A stretch of 61,680 bases of DNA, the filler included, from Choristocarpus tenellus KU-1152 (lineage: Eukaryota; Protista; Phaeophyceae), in the NCBI GenBank assembly GCA_964200185.2. It is 10 parts of 10 records of this genome, joined end to end, with 100 filler letters (N's around TTAATTAATTAA, not from the genome) between each part and the next. Parts side by side here need not be neighbours in the genome. Positions count along the whole stretch, not along the records: positions 21,537 to 30,526 come from CAXNAD020004108.1; positions 30,627 to 36,655 come from CAXNAD020009129.1; positions 36,756 to 45,033 come from CAXNAD020004902.1; 7 more parts are not named here. One strand, written 5' to 3'. Position 1 is the stretch's first letter, and each line of letters starts with the position of its first letter. Shown here piece by piece: positions 24,475 through 36,807 of this stretch. The notes under the pieces were generated by a model. The model did no database searches, was not told where the DNA came from, and saw nothing but the letters and a program-made list of their open reading frames with translations. The position numbers and the translations under genes were made by a program.

Positions 24475-26530
24475 TTAACAGTGGCCAGCTGGAGGAACAA
24501 CAGGGGACGGTAAGTCCACAGCAACTTCAAGGTTCACGTTAGAAAGACGTACGCCTCCCAGAATCCTCTCTGGTAACTCCTCTTTACACTCGCCCTGGAC
24601 TACAAAGGACATGTCTAGGACCGCATAGACCGAGCAGCTCTTAACCAATGAGAACAGTTTGTTTGCTAACATTGAAGAGCCGATATCCACTGAGATTTCA
24701 AGATAGTTCTCCCCCCGGAAGTAGCGTTGGGTCACCTGTTGAGTCATGATGTGGGGATCGACAGGGGGGAAAGGGATGGGAGGATGGAGATTCGTGAGTT
24801 GGATGAGTGCGAAGGGGATGAATACTGCCTGTTGTGCCACCTGCGCCTCACACCCTGTTACATACAAAGCACAGACCATCACACCTTTTTTCCCATTAGA
24901 GCAGGCGTGTTCCCCACTGCCGCCTGCACCGCCCAAGGTCCATCTACAATTGAAGGAATGATCTTGAACCGAGAGTCACAGAACTCCTTGTCTTCAGCAC
25001 TCAGGAACCTCCTCACAAGATTAAGACATCCGACCGGTATATCAGTAGGTCCCTCACCCCCGTCTTCTGCCTCACCCCCAACAACCTTGATAAGCCCCCT
25101 CATGTCTGTTGAGGCATCTGGAGCTGATTTGGTTGAGGGTAGAGTGAATTCTTTTGTGTCCTGGAGAGCAACCCCTTCTACAAAGGCAAAATACACCACA
25201 AATGAGAGGTTTTGTGTGCCAGGGAGTTGAAAATTGAGCTGCCGCAGGAAAAAAAAAAATTGGGGTGAGGGCGGGGGGTGTAGGGAGGATGATAGAGTGA
25301 AGAGTAAATGTGATCAAAGGGAGAGGGTTGGAGTTTGGCTAAGCTAGGAACAGCTCATTTCGTTGACATCTAGGTAGAAAGATAAATGAAATTATGGAAA
25401 TACTGTAGTGAGTGCTCTGCAAGAACTACAAAGGTTGTCAAGAAAACTAATCTTGCTTAATCTCACTCGAGGTTCACATGATGAGAATTAAACCTTTTCT
25501 GATATCTTAAGTATTTCGGTCTCCCCGACACCCAGAAATCCTGAGGACAACTCATTTGACCATCTCACCACCAGTAGCTCTGCTTCACTTCCCAAAGCGT
25601 CAACCACATCCAAGTCTGTCCCATGCAAACGCCTTATGATGTCGTCCGTCCTTCTTTCTACCTGCCATCAACAGTTGCAACAACAGCAGCAGCAATCAGA
25701 ACGCCACTGCATTTCATTAATCCACCGAGCATTGACTTTCGTTGGGCATATGCTGGGTTGCCCCAATTTGGTCCTATTAATTGGGAATTGCCTATATTAG
25801 TATACAAATAAGTTCACCAACTAAGAACGTAAACAGGTACATCTCTATACCGAATAGGGTAAGATCATATTAAGTGTGTTCTATGAACAAGAATGCATTC
25901 TACATAACGAGCACCTTAGAAGGTGTACATACAGGCGAGAAGTCAAGCAAGGGGTGGGACTGCTGCACTATAGCTTGTGCCGTTGCACAACCAAAAATTG
26001 AAACTTGGTCAGCAGATAAATAGCCCACTAGAGATATCAACACAGTACGGAAGAACATCATGACAGTGAAGACTTTTCGCATGGTCAAAACTCCATCGTG
26101 CACCTCAGGGTAACATTCCCTTCGCCTCTGCCCAGCTAATATCTATTTCACATACCTTGAACAGGTCACACCGGACGACGTGAGCTAGTGGCTCCTTCGA
26201 CAGGTGTTTCACCTTGTCTGACAGGTAAGTTTTACCCCTCACTCCAATGCTTGTTGAAGCCTGCCCCCACATTTCGGACCATTCAGGGCATTGGCGGGGA
26301 AGCATTCCCAAACGTTCACTCCACGATACGCCCCCACTGGAAATATTGCACGTGGGTGCAGTGGCTAGCCCACCTCGTACAGTCCATCCCACTTCATCCT
26401 CTGCTCCTCTCTTCACAGCCCCTTCCTCCTTCCCCTCCCCGGATCCGTCCTCCCCACTCCTGCGTTCCCTCCACCTCGCTGTGTACAGGCCAAGCTCAGC
26501 CCTTAAAAAATCCATGGTGCTTACAAGGTT
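24475..26530 (-). CDS. EDR2 C-terminal domain (DUF1336) protein, multi-exon; 5' end unresolved
   Basis: In-frame exons 26156-~26530 (VRGKTYLSDKVK..RCDLFK), 25569-25661, 24885-25238 (LNFQLPG..RFKIIPSIVDGPWAVQAAVGNTPALMGKK) and 24475-24735 (YFRGENYLEISVDIGSS..ELPERILGGVRL). Confidence 0.9.
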
Positions 26531-27281
26531 CACTTATCTTCTTGTCGATTAGCCAATGGCATATGTGCAGGGACAGGCGAATGAAACACAAAGATGGAAA
26601 GACTAAGATATAGGAGTTGCACGGAATTCACATACTAATTATGCAAGCTCATTTTCACTGCGAGTCGAAAGGCTGGTAGTCCGAAGTTGGAGCATCGACT
26701 GAAATTGACAACACTCAGAAAGGAAACAAAAAATCTACCAGTGACGACATGTCTTCAAAGCCCATTCCTCTACTTGTGGCAGTAACTAGTTGAGCCACCA
26801 CGGCTGTGTAAGGATTGCGAATCTCATTTGAACCACGGCCCCTTGCACCATAGATATAAGTATAACTCACCCAGCCTGTTGCATTGTGGTGGACAATCTT
26901 TCCCCTCTGTCGCGGTTGTTTAGCATTAGTATTTGTCTCTCATTACTTGGCACGTCACAACTGTATAACCAAGTTCATACCAGTTCTATGTAGAGAGTTC
27001 TGACACATTCATAGAATTTTACCGAAGAATCAAAAATGCGACTGATAGAGGCAGTCCCAGAATTGGTAAGGGGTAAAAGATGTTAAATCTCTCGACCTGT
27101 TTCACCCCGTCCAATATCAATGCGTAGCACCCTACTTCAACAAGGACTTGGGAACAAAAAGGTAAGAGTATGTGTGTGAATGACACAGCAGAAGAGAAAG
27201 AGATACAGGTAGCCGTGTAACCGTGTGAAGCGAAAACGCACGACACCTCGCTGTACTTATTCTGCACACTGCTATTTTGGC

Positions 27282-29575
27282 ATGAAGGCTGTGATTACAG
27301 GTGAGTGAGGATATGCATCATGTGCTGCAACGTGGTGGGAGGACCACCCCCCACAAACACACTCTCTGTCATCTCCACGCTATTCAGGAGGACTGGGTCT
27401 CCTAGGGCAGGAACTTCTCGAACGTGTACTCTCTACCTCTGGGCTGGGCCTTCGAGGAACTGGCGGCAAGAGATCCCGTGCAGTCATCCGCGTGCTCATC
27501 ATTGATTCCCCAGAAACTGCCGTCCCTAGTGAGTGCTCTAACTCGCCACCAAGGGGCAATAAACCTAATTGCTTTTACTTTGACATGAAGTATCCGATGT
27601 CAACTCTGATATCCTAAGCCCGCCTGCGCTTGCACACCCTGTAAGAACCATCACTCATCGATCGTGAAGGAGTTAGCCTTTTTCGAGGGGACATTGCTGA
27701 TAGGGCTACTGCGGACGAGATCGCGGCTTTTGCCCTTGATAATGATGTGGGTTGCAGCATCGATGGCAAAGTTGAGCAAGATTTATCATTGTTTCATCTT
27801 GCATCGGTCATGAGTGGCCAGGGAGAACAGGACTTTGATCGTGCAACATCCGTCAACATTGACGGTGAGAAGGTTACCAGTAGTATGGCTCTACTGCAGC
27901 CTATGGAGCTCTACCGTGCAAAAATTGGGCTGTGCTATCCTGATTAGCTGTTAATTATGGACTGGCCTTCTTTCTCAACGCATTACCACTGAGAATAATC
28001 GATACGGTCAGGAGCAGAGATGTTCGCTAACCAGGAGGCTTATAACTCTTATTTTTTGCATGCGATTTCACACTGGCGCATAGTTCATAAACGTATCAAT
28101 CTAATTTCCATCCGATTTAGGGGGCTAACACGGTCGGCATGCTATCTACCACCCACCATCCTGGCTAGCTGCATCCTCTCGATAGTGTTTCTGCTTGGCT
28201 CGACATAACAATATGGACAGACGACAGCCACTGTGTCCCATCTGTCCTCTCGAATGTGAGGTACCGTTTTCATCATCACTCATCATGATCAGTGCTAATT
28301 ATGCTCTTGTCAAGATAGGGACAAAGTCACTTCTGCAAGCATGTCAGAAACTGGGTTGCAGACCACGGTTTGTCTTTGCAAGCTCTATCGCAGCATTTGG
28401 TGGTGGAGTGCGAGTGGATGACAACAGCAAGCTATTACCAGAGGTGCGAATGATTGCAACCACGGCAGGCGGGAACATGCCTTCCTGGTTGAATTCAAGA
28501 GGTGCTGGAGTTCCTGAGCATCCTTGCTTGCAGTTCCTGTTGGGGCATTTGTAGCACTGTTGGGAGAGTTGGCAAGGTTCTGTTAGTGCAATTTCTCATA
28601 TTTGTTAGCTGCTACTCACATGGTGAGGGCTAGACATATGCCCCCTATACCAGACCACATGTCTTCTGCCCACACCCATTTGCACCATACTGATGGGGAC
28701 TTGGGAGTTAGGGACCGCTGATTGGCCTAATTTTGACACTTTTTTCCTGCTTCAATCACTTCCCATGGTCTTGGATCTTTGGATATGGTGTGTGATATGG
28801 ATACTTGGAATGTGTCACATTTTTGTATACATGCTTTAGGTCTCTACTTGCCGCCCCACCCTCCGATCACATTGTGCCCCACTCTTCTCTTGCTTGCCAA
28901 AACATTCAAGACAACGTATGGCATGACCAAGGCTTGTGCGGAGATGCTTGTCAATGACTGCTCCAGGTGAATGACCTAAAACAAGAAGCTTGGTTGTGCT
29001 TGTGTGGGGGTTCACATGCCACTAAAGTTTAACAGCTCTTTATGGCTTCTGACTAGTATATCAAGAACCAAGATGCAGCTTAACTGCTTGGTTTATGAGG
29101 ATGAGTGTGATCAATGTTCCCAAGTTTTGATTACCAATAGTAATTGCCTCGTAGCCATGCAGATGAGGGGGCAAGCGTCATCTTGCAAAGTCCTCAGTCC
29201 TTTCTGCCCACCGTATGAATGCTATACCTTCTAAGTTGCTGATCAACTACATGTGAAGGGGGGGCTGATGTTCTTGGAACTCCTGCTGCAGTTCCCTCTG
29301 CCGGTACATACATGCATGTGGGGAGCCTTTTGTCACTTTACACTTTGGCAATGAGTGAAACCTAACAACAAGCACCCTCTCTATTCCCTCCTTAGCGTTG
29401 GAAAGCCTCCCAATATCTTTGTTCCCCCCCCCTTTCTCCCCCGGAACTGCACCTGAGCAGGAAGGGTTTTGTAGATGGGAGAATTGCACGCCTCCCCACT
29501 GTGATTATTCGCCCAGGGCCCCCAAATCCTGCAGCCACAGGGTGCTTCAGTTCAGTGCCAAAGGCCGTGCTTAAG
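27282..29575 (+). CDS. D-erythronate dehydrogenase-like NAD-dependent epimerase/dehydratase (extended SDR), 3'-incomplete
   Basis: Exons 27282-27300, 27388-27528, 27646-27864, 28319-28443, 28911-28966 and 29461-29575 splice to MKAVITGGLGLLG..GDIAD..FHLASVMSGQGEQDFD..VNIDGT..RFVFASSIAAFG..PETTYGMTK..GFVDGRIARLPTVIIRPGPPNPAATG. Confidence 0.9.
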
Positions 29576-30464
29576 GTGATCCCCCACTCTGTTCAGCCTT
29601 GCTGAAGCTGGGCTACTGTAGCGCTTGCCAGTACGGCGATGTCACTGATGGTGTTTCAGGGTCTAACAGGGTATTTGCAGCTAAGATAAAAAAAAAAAGT
29701 GAAACTGTATGACCAAAAAAAAAACGTGCCTGGATTTAAATTTAAATCCTTGTCACGACGCTGCCCAGAACTGAGTCAGCAACCCGCCGACCCTTTCATT
29801 TTTTTTTAATTTATCTTTTTTTGAGGATTTCATCACCAAATTTGGAGTGCTTTTTATGGTGGAGGGATCGCTCGCTTTGCGTTGTGTGTGTTGTCATTTC
29901 CGCCTCAGCACAAGAGAGGAAGGAAAGAATGGAGTAGGGTCGTGTTCACATACACTTTTAATTTTTTCTTGTTTCTCTTGATCACTCTAATAATTTTTTT
30001 GATCATTCACTGTTGTGGGTCTTTGACTGTTCCTCTGAATATTTTGCTCATTTTTTTTTTTGAGAACACCCAAAGCCGCTGGGGGTACCCAGGGAGATAT
30101 GTACTATTGAGAGTATATCCATATATACACATACTATGCAATCGATATATATATACATACATACACATACATGCCTCTCCATGTGCAAAAAAAAAAATGA
30201 TACGTGTGTGTGTGTGTGTGTGTGTCTTCCCTTCCATGATGACAATAAAATGTACTACTGTCTTATCACTTGATGTTTGACAACCTTCTCAATGTTAACT
30301 GTTTTATTTATTTATTTATTTTTTTGAAGTTCTTTGGTGTGTGGTTCACGCAAAGAAGTGAGAACAGTTGCTGAGGTGACATTTTTTTTTTTTCTTTTAA
30401 AAATAAATTTTAATTTTTTTTTGTGTTTGCAATGAATTTTTACAACTTCAGAGAAATAAAAAAT

Positions 30465-30496
<32 letters not shown>

Positions 30497-30626
30497 GGTG
30501 TTTTTTGTGTGGGGGGGGGTTTTTTTNNNNNNNNNNNNNNNNNNNNNNNNNNNNNNNNNNNNNNNNNNNNTTAATTAATTAANNNNNNNNNNNNNNNNNN
30601 NNNNNNNNNNNNNNNNNNNNNNNNNN

Positions 30627-31870
30627 ATCTGTGGGGCATGACGTCTCCCATTGCTCGGGTATGGTGTTAGAATACATGGAGAATGGTGAAGAGGGTGTAT
30701 TTCCATGGACAACGACCATTGCATGGGTGCCCGCGGCAGGGGGGTTCATTGTAGCTAAGGGGTGCGACCCCACCACTGTAGAACAGGAGGATGTAATATT
30801 CGAAATTCCCCCACCCGCTTTGAAAAAAGAAAGCCCAGTCTCCAACAAGGGCATGGACTGGAGATCGCCATTGGGGACAAGGGCTCCCTCCAATGGCAGC
30901 ATAAAGGAGGGTGAGGCAGACCATGGGGAGGATGAAGCACAGGCTGAGGCTGGTGGTGCACCATTTGCTGTGGTAAAACACGGTCGTCTCTTGTTGGGAT
31001 CAAGGGAGGGAAAAATCTATTTCAAATGTCCTCGGCAACAACCTTGGTGGTGGGGCATGATGAAATCATCAGCTGATGTCCGTGAGGCGGTGTTAGAAGT
31101 CACTTCGACCAAAACTGTGAGGGTGGTAACATCTTCAGGTAAAACACTATGGGAGTCTCCCAGGCCTGATACGTCAGGGTAGAGTTTGCTGTGGTATTTT
31201 CGCGTAGTACAGATAGTGATGGAGGATGCTATAAGACCATGGGGGAGGTGGTGGAGGCCAACTTCCAAACCTACCCATCGGCAGATGTATACTCGAGCAC
31301 TTGTGTGATATGTGGTTTCTACTCCACTTGGAGTGATGGCGAATTGTTAATGTTAGGAGGATTATTCCATTGTAGAAGAGGAAGGAGGGTAGGGGTAAAA
31401 AACTGTCTAGTTTGTGATGGTCGACCATTGTACAAAATGTCTGGAACCAGGGATTGCACATCTGAGTCGCCCACCAAAGACTGGTCGACTATTAGAAGTA
31501 GTACTGCACCTATTGAGGCAGTCATGTACTATGTAGTACTCTGTTGAGATATAACGGCAAAGACATGAACGTGTACATATGCTCTCCTTATCAAGTGGGT
31601 CACAACTCACACACACAACAAGGGCATATTACTGTAAGAGTGTGCCCTTTCTTCGTGACTGGTCTTCAAGCACACCTATGCAGTATGACAAGTATTTTGT
31701 GAAGACTGCTCTTCTTTATATCTTCCATTTTGGAGTGAGCCTTTCATCCCTTCCTTGGCCTGTAGGTGGACTAGTCGAAGGTTAGTTGTAGTTGTAGTTG
31801 TAGTTGACTGTGCTTTACGGGTGAGCGAGAGGAGGATAGAGAGAGTGAGGTAGGTGTGATACCCTGTTGA
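30627..31870 (-). mobile_element. Possible highly decayed LTR-retrotransposon gag/protease region
   Basis: Minus strand has CAACA followed by a PBS-like GGGTATCA at ~31857-31869, and weak protease-like peptides (CFTTANG...LEGALVPNGDLQSMPLL). Weak support. Confidence 0.3.
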
Positions 31871-32441
31871 CCGAAATGCATCTCGTGGATTTTGTTTGCT
31901 CCAGCGAAGAGCTCTCTAATGAATGAAATTTTACACAGCCATAGTACCAAGTAGTATGAAAAGTGGAGTAGAGTAGTACCCCTCCATATTGGGAATGCAA
32001 AACGATTTTTTCAACTGTGTGGGGGAAAATATCTCACGAAGCACTAGGAAGTCTAAGGTGAAACAAAGACTGTGTTGACAATCTTGATGAGAAGATTCCG
32101 AATCCAATCTTTGGACTCATATTGAGAAACGTGGGTAAATAGTGCTGCTATAACCGGCTCCAATCCTCCCAAACTGACGTCATAGCTATCTGAGCTGAAT
32201 GCACACTCTCATGTGAAGACGTCAAACCTGTCGGAATGACCCAAGCTTTCTTGGCCAATGTTTGAAACATTATCTCTATCATGAGAATAAATCATCGACA
32301 TGTGGTCTAATAGTACATGAATAGGAGGTTAACATAGCCAGGAATGTTTTTGATCTTCACCAAGATGATATAGTTTTGCAGAGATTTGCTTCCTGATACC
32401 TAGTGATGATGCCTCTAAACTACACAATGACGGGGGTCATG

Positions 32442-32703
32442 GAGTCAAAGAATCTTAGAGGGTAGAGTCGCGTCCGTTTGGGGGCAATAATCCAATGTTG
32501 CGATTTTGATGTGATTTTGGCGATTGTGTATGTTAGGAAGTGTCGATATCCTTGTTCCAGGCTTACCTCTTTTCATAAAGTGTACATTTTACCTACTCCG
32601 AAACGTTTCGGATTAGGTAAAATGTCATAAAAAACCCTTGGGAAGACAAGCCTCAAACAGACAAATTAGGGCAAAACTCGTACCCTCCAAGATACTTTCA
32701 ATC
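32442..32703. mobile_element. Complete 262-bp MITE, TSD ATG
   Basis: ATG|GAGTCAAAGAATCTTAGAGGGTA...TACCCTCCAAGATACTTTCAATC|ATG. Colinear with the copies at 41939 and 50149. Confidence 0.92.
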
Positions 32704-33517
32704 ATGAGGAAAGCAACACTGGGTAAGAAATTGTCTCGGCAATCTCGGTTTTTGGAGTACCACCATGATGGGGTACTATCTCCAGTATAGTGTTTGATTA
32801 GTAGATATCACAAGAATTCTGTCTGAACGATACCAAAATGGTGATCGTATTCTGAATTTTTCTGTTAGCTGTCAACCAATAATCTGGAAATCTCGGATGT
32901 TGGTAAATAGATATCAGTAGCAGTCGCTGGAGCGGTATGACGTCATGATGTTTACTGATAACGATACGAGTCATTACAAAGATACAATCGACGTTTTCTT
33001 CCATAGTTTTTGCATGTCACCGCCTACATTCCAGCATTCCCTTGAAACTAAGTCTTTTGATAGGATCGCCAGTTAGTTAGCTGGACGACCTGACTGGACC
33101 AAGGCCACTACGCATCCAGTCTGCTGCAATATGTCACAGCCTTGTTTACCATTTCATCATCCACTAACATATTATAATCAGTAAGTATAACGATCAGTCG
33201 ATCAAAACATACTTCACCCTGGCTGGCCCTGAGCCCAACTTCGTTGAAAATCCTAGATAGTTTTGGACCAGTTCGGTTCAAACATACTACTGTATTTCAC
33301 AAGAGCCGCGCCATGGTCCAATCTTGCTAAAATATCATGAGGCCCTGGCTTTGGGGAGTATTTTGACCAGATGGACCTGGTCAAAATGTGTTGAGCCACC
33401 CCCAACTCGTCTTAAATACAGATATGGAAAAAACCTGAAATATCCCTTCAAGTGGCAATGATTGCTTGGTTGAATTAATACATATATTATGTAACCTGTC
33501 CTTGTGATATTTCTCCC

Positions 33518-34610
33518 GACACTTCTACAAAATATCAGAGGGCATATTAATATACTCCTCTGTCCCATAAGTCTGTTCCTTTATGCATGTACCTCTTCGG
33601 GATGACCTCCGATTTCAAAACGGATTTTTGCGTTGGATTTCTCGGAATAATTCACGTAAGGTGAGTTATACGAAAAAATATCTCGAAATTGTTAGGAAAA
33701 TATGGAACAGAAAAGACGGGTAGGAGGCTGTCATACTCCTTCTGTCCCATAAGTCTGTTCCTTAATACATGCGTACCTCTTCGGGATGGTCTCCGATTTC
33801 AAAACGGATTTTCGCGTTGGATTCCTTAGAAAGTTTGTATAAGATGTGTTAAATTTGAAAAGATATCTACTGAACTTGTTCTGAAAATATGGAACAGAAA
33901 AGACGGGCATATTGGAGTGTAATGCATTTTTGGTGTTTTCAGGACATCCCCATAAAATGTCAAGAGGGTAAATTAAAATATAGATACATAGAACTTGTAG
34001 AGATGACGGAATGGTACAGTTGTAAAAATCACCATCAGAATACGACAAAAATGTCGGAGGGCATAATAGAAAAATCGTATGAAAAATTATGTATAGAAAG
34101 TAGATGATGGGAAAATATCTTCATATTTACGACAACTGTTACTTTTTCAAGGGTTCTTACGATATTTTATTGACTTTTCATTGGTTTTCCCTTACACATC
34201 TGGAAAATGTCAGAGGGTATAATTATATTTTAATTTCCATGACTATCCTTTGATATGGGGTTCTTATGGAATGCTTCCCCACCTCCTCACCCTGGGGTGC
34301 AGGACTGAGGTAGGTTGAAGGCACAGGAGGGCAGTGGTGTGGAATAGCTGGTGGTAAAATAGTAAGTAGATGATAGAAAATGCCTTTCACATTTACGAAA
34401 ACTGTTACTTTTTCATGGGTTGTTCTGACATTTTAATGGTTTTTCATTGGTTTTTCCCTAGACACATCTACAAAATGTCAGACGGCATAACAATGAAATA
34501 TTTAATTGACTTTTGTGTTGACACATCTACAAAATGTCAGAGGGTATAATAGTAAAAATATATAGTTTACGCCCGCTGACTTTTTGAAGATGCGTTAAGG
34601 CAAAACCAAG
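33518..34610 (+). mobile_element. Cluster of 5'-truncated 3' ends of the CRE-like LINE
   Basis: AAAATGTCAGAGGG(T/C)ATAA-like ends in the same orientation at ~33545, 33970, 34065, 34220, 34490 and 34548. The copy at 34250-34492 extends into the LINE C-terminal sequence (ATGCTTCCC..CCCTGGGGTGCAGGACT). One opposite-orientation end at 34566-34610. Confidence 0.75.
33555..33917. mobile_element. Two tandem Stowaway-like MITEs (33555-33726, 33736-33917)
   Basis: Each starts TA|CTCC(T)TCTGTCCCATAAGTCTGTTCC and ends GGAACAGAAAAGACGGG...GGAG. The first ~90 bp are homologous to the mariner end at 49372-49466. Confidence 0.85.
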
Positions 34611-35149
34611 ACTATTTATTTGACATCCTCAAAATCGGCAGGTGACCCAAATTTTCCGTGATTTTACTTACTACACACATTCGTTCCACGCATGATGCAG
34701 TAGTTCTCGAAAACATTTTGCAGGTACTCTCAAAGACAGCATACTCAGATACATGGTCAAAGACAACATGACAAGAATAACTACACAGACAATTTGGAAA
34801 GAAAACAGAAATAGTACAGAACTCAATATAAGAAATGCAAAACAAACAGTACAGAAAGAAAGGATGATGTTGCTGTATGTATACTCGCATCATATTGATA
34901 TCATTACCTATCAAGAGGTGACTGGATCGACTTTGTACAATCTTTGTTTCAAAAAGGATGCGGGCCAGCCCAGAACCCGATCCAGTTGGATTATATGAAT
35001 CAATACTGCATCGTTCCTGGTATAACTTGAACGACAATTTGTATTAGTCTAAACATTATTTGTGTGAGTAGTCCCAGATCTGTGTTGGAGAGGTAGAGTA
35101 AGACAAATACACACTGGTCGAGAAGTACAGAAATACTCCGTACAATAGG

Positions 35150-36612
35150 AGACAGGATTAAACGGCATAAAGAGAAAGGACTAATGATGATAAGAGAAAT
35201 CGAGAGGAGAAAGACCCCAGTGTATCTACAAACAGAATCCATCTATGATTAGCTAAGGCTGGTTCTGAATACGAGCAATCTGACCCAATTACCGAACAGC
35301 GTATGCAGAATATAGAAACTCGGAATGAAGGATGATTGTAATCGCAAAACCCTTTTGATTGGTTGATATAATGGGCGAGAAGGGGATACTTTTTTGTTAA
35401 GGGAGCTGCCCAACTTCTCTTACTAAAAACCACCCAAATATGGTCACCTTCTCTATAATGCAAATCTTCTGATACGTTTTTCCTCTTGACGCAACTGTGG
35501 TTTCATGGAATTAGGACATGTTACTGCTGGTGGACATCAAGTTCTCAAAAAAAGTTACACCCAAAACTTGAAATCCAATCATACATATCAGGCTTCGATT
35601 GTCTCAAGACGTGACTATATCTGCAATTGGGGCCAACACTATCCCCATTCAGACCCAGCCAGCACGTCATAGAAATGGAATGAATTCCTAGGCAAGCACT
35701 TTCGGGATGTAGTGGTAACACCCCTAAGCTTTTCCTTATTGAGTGCACACAGCTGCTCAAGAACCAGATATCGCATGTACTCCCTGACACAAGAGCCAAA
35801 CCAATTGAGAGGTAGGCAGGATTGGACCCTTATGCACTCTAAGCCACTTTTCTTGCCTGTGCTATAGGCTCCATTTCATTGCTCTACGTGCTCAAAAGTG
35901 TGTACAAAGTTGATATTCCTCCTTTCCTCAAACAAAATTACATGCAATCAGGACAAGATCTTTCTGCAGTTGTACAGAATGACATCTTTTTTCCTAGTCT
36001 CGGGAACCTTAAAACGCAACCCTTTCTACCTCTCAGTTGGTTTGACTCTAATAGTGCATTCCCAGTTGCTTCCATCAAAAGCACCCCTGAAGTTTCTATA
36101 TTCCTTTTGGAAAAGGTTTTTGTCTCCTAGATGATATGCATTTCATTCTCTGTCAGAGTCACAGTAAGGACAGGCGATAGTGGATCCTCACAGGCAGCTG
36201 ATGCTGAAAGCCTTAGGGATTGTAATAAGGATAGAATATGTGTCCTTCGCGAGTGGAATATTAGCAATCATGTCCCTATGGCGGTCTCTTTTCCTCCTTC
36301 CATCCAACTCCTCCGCCTTCCGGCATAGATCCAAACAGACCAGGGTCCTCGTTGTCAGATACGTCATCCCCCACTTTCATACCACTGCTGAAGGGGGTTG
36401 TCATCATTGCCTAACTCCAATCGATCATCGGAGGTGGGCATCGCACCAAAATGATGCGATACTTTTGGAAGAGTTGGTAGTATGTTTGTGGTTGGATCGG
36501 GATGAACTTGCTCAGGCAGCGCTGCCTCAGGCCTTTTAGATGGCACTGGTCGACCCTCTACCTGTTGTATTACCTCTATCAGTAGACCCTCTGCAAGCTG
36601 CACTTCCCCCAT
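35150..36612 (-). pseudogene. Unidentified decayed coding sequence, probably transposon-derived
   Basis: Long stop-interrupted minus-strand reading (..RKRDRHRDMIANIPL..CPYCDSD..CTIRVKPTE..RVQSCLPLNW..). Segment 35798-36050 is homologous to 1408-1662. Confidence 0.4.
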
Positions 36613-36615
36613 TGC

Positions 36616-36807
36616 GGCTCAAAGTATCTGGGGGGGGGGGGGTCTACACCAGGGTNNNNNNNNNNNNNNNNNNNNNNNNNNNNNNNNNNNNNNNNNNNNT
36701 TAATTAATTAANNNNNNNNNNNNNNNNNNNNNNNNNNNNNNNNNNNNNNNNNNNNGTATTTTGACCCCCAAATGGACACGGCTCTACCCTCTAAGATACT
36801 TTGGCTC
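36616..36807. mobile_element. MITE termini on both sides of a linker (36616-36655 and 36756-36807)
   Basis: GGCTCAAAGTATCTGGGG... and CCAAATGGAC..TACCCTCTAAGATACTTTGGCTC. The flanking 3-mers differ (TGC vs TCA), so these are probably two different insertions. Confidence 0.8.

Noticed and set aside
27640-28910. AAG splice acceptors as a lineage-specific splicing rule
   Set aside because: Only two solid cases, both in the DenD-like gene. Too few to infer a bias.
30631-31182. 183-aa plus-strand ORF as a gene
   Set aside because: No recognisable domain or splice context. It may be the antisense shadow of a decayed retroelement.
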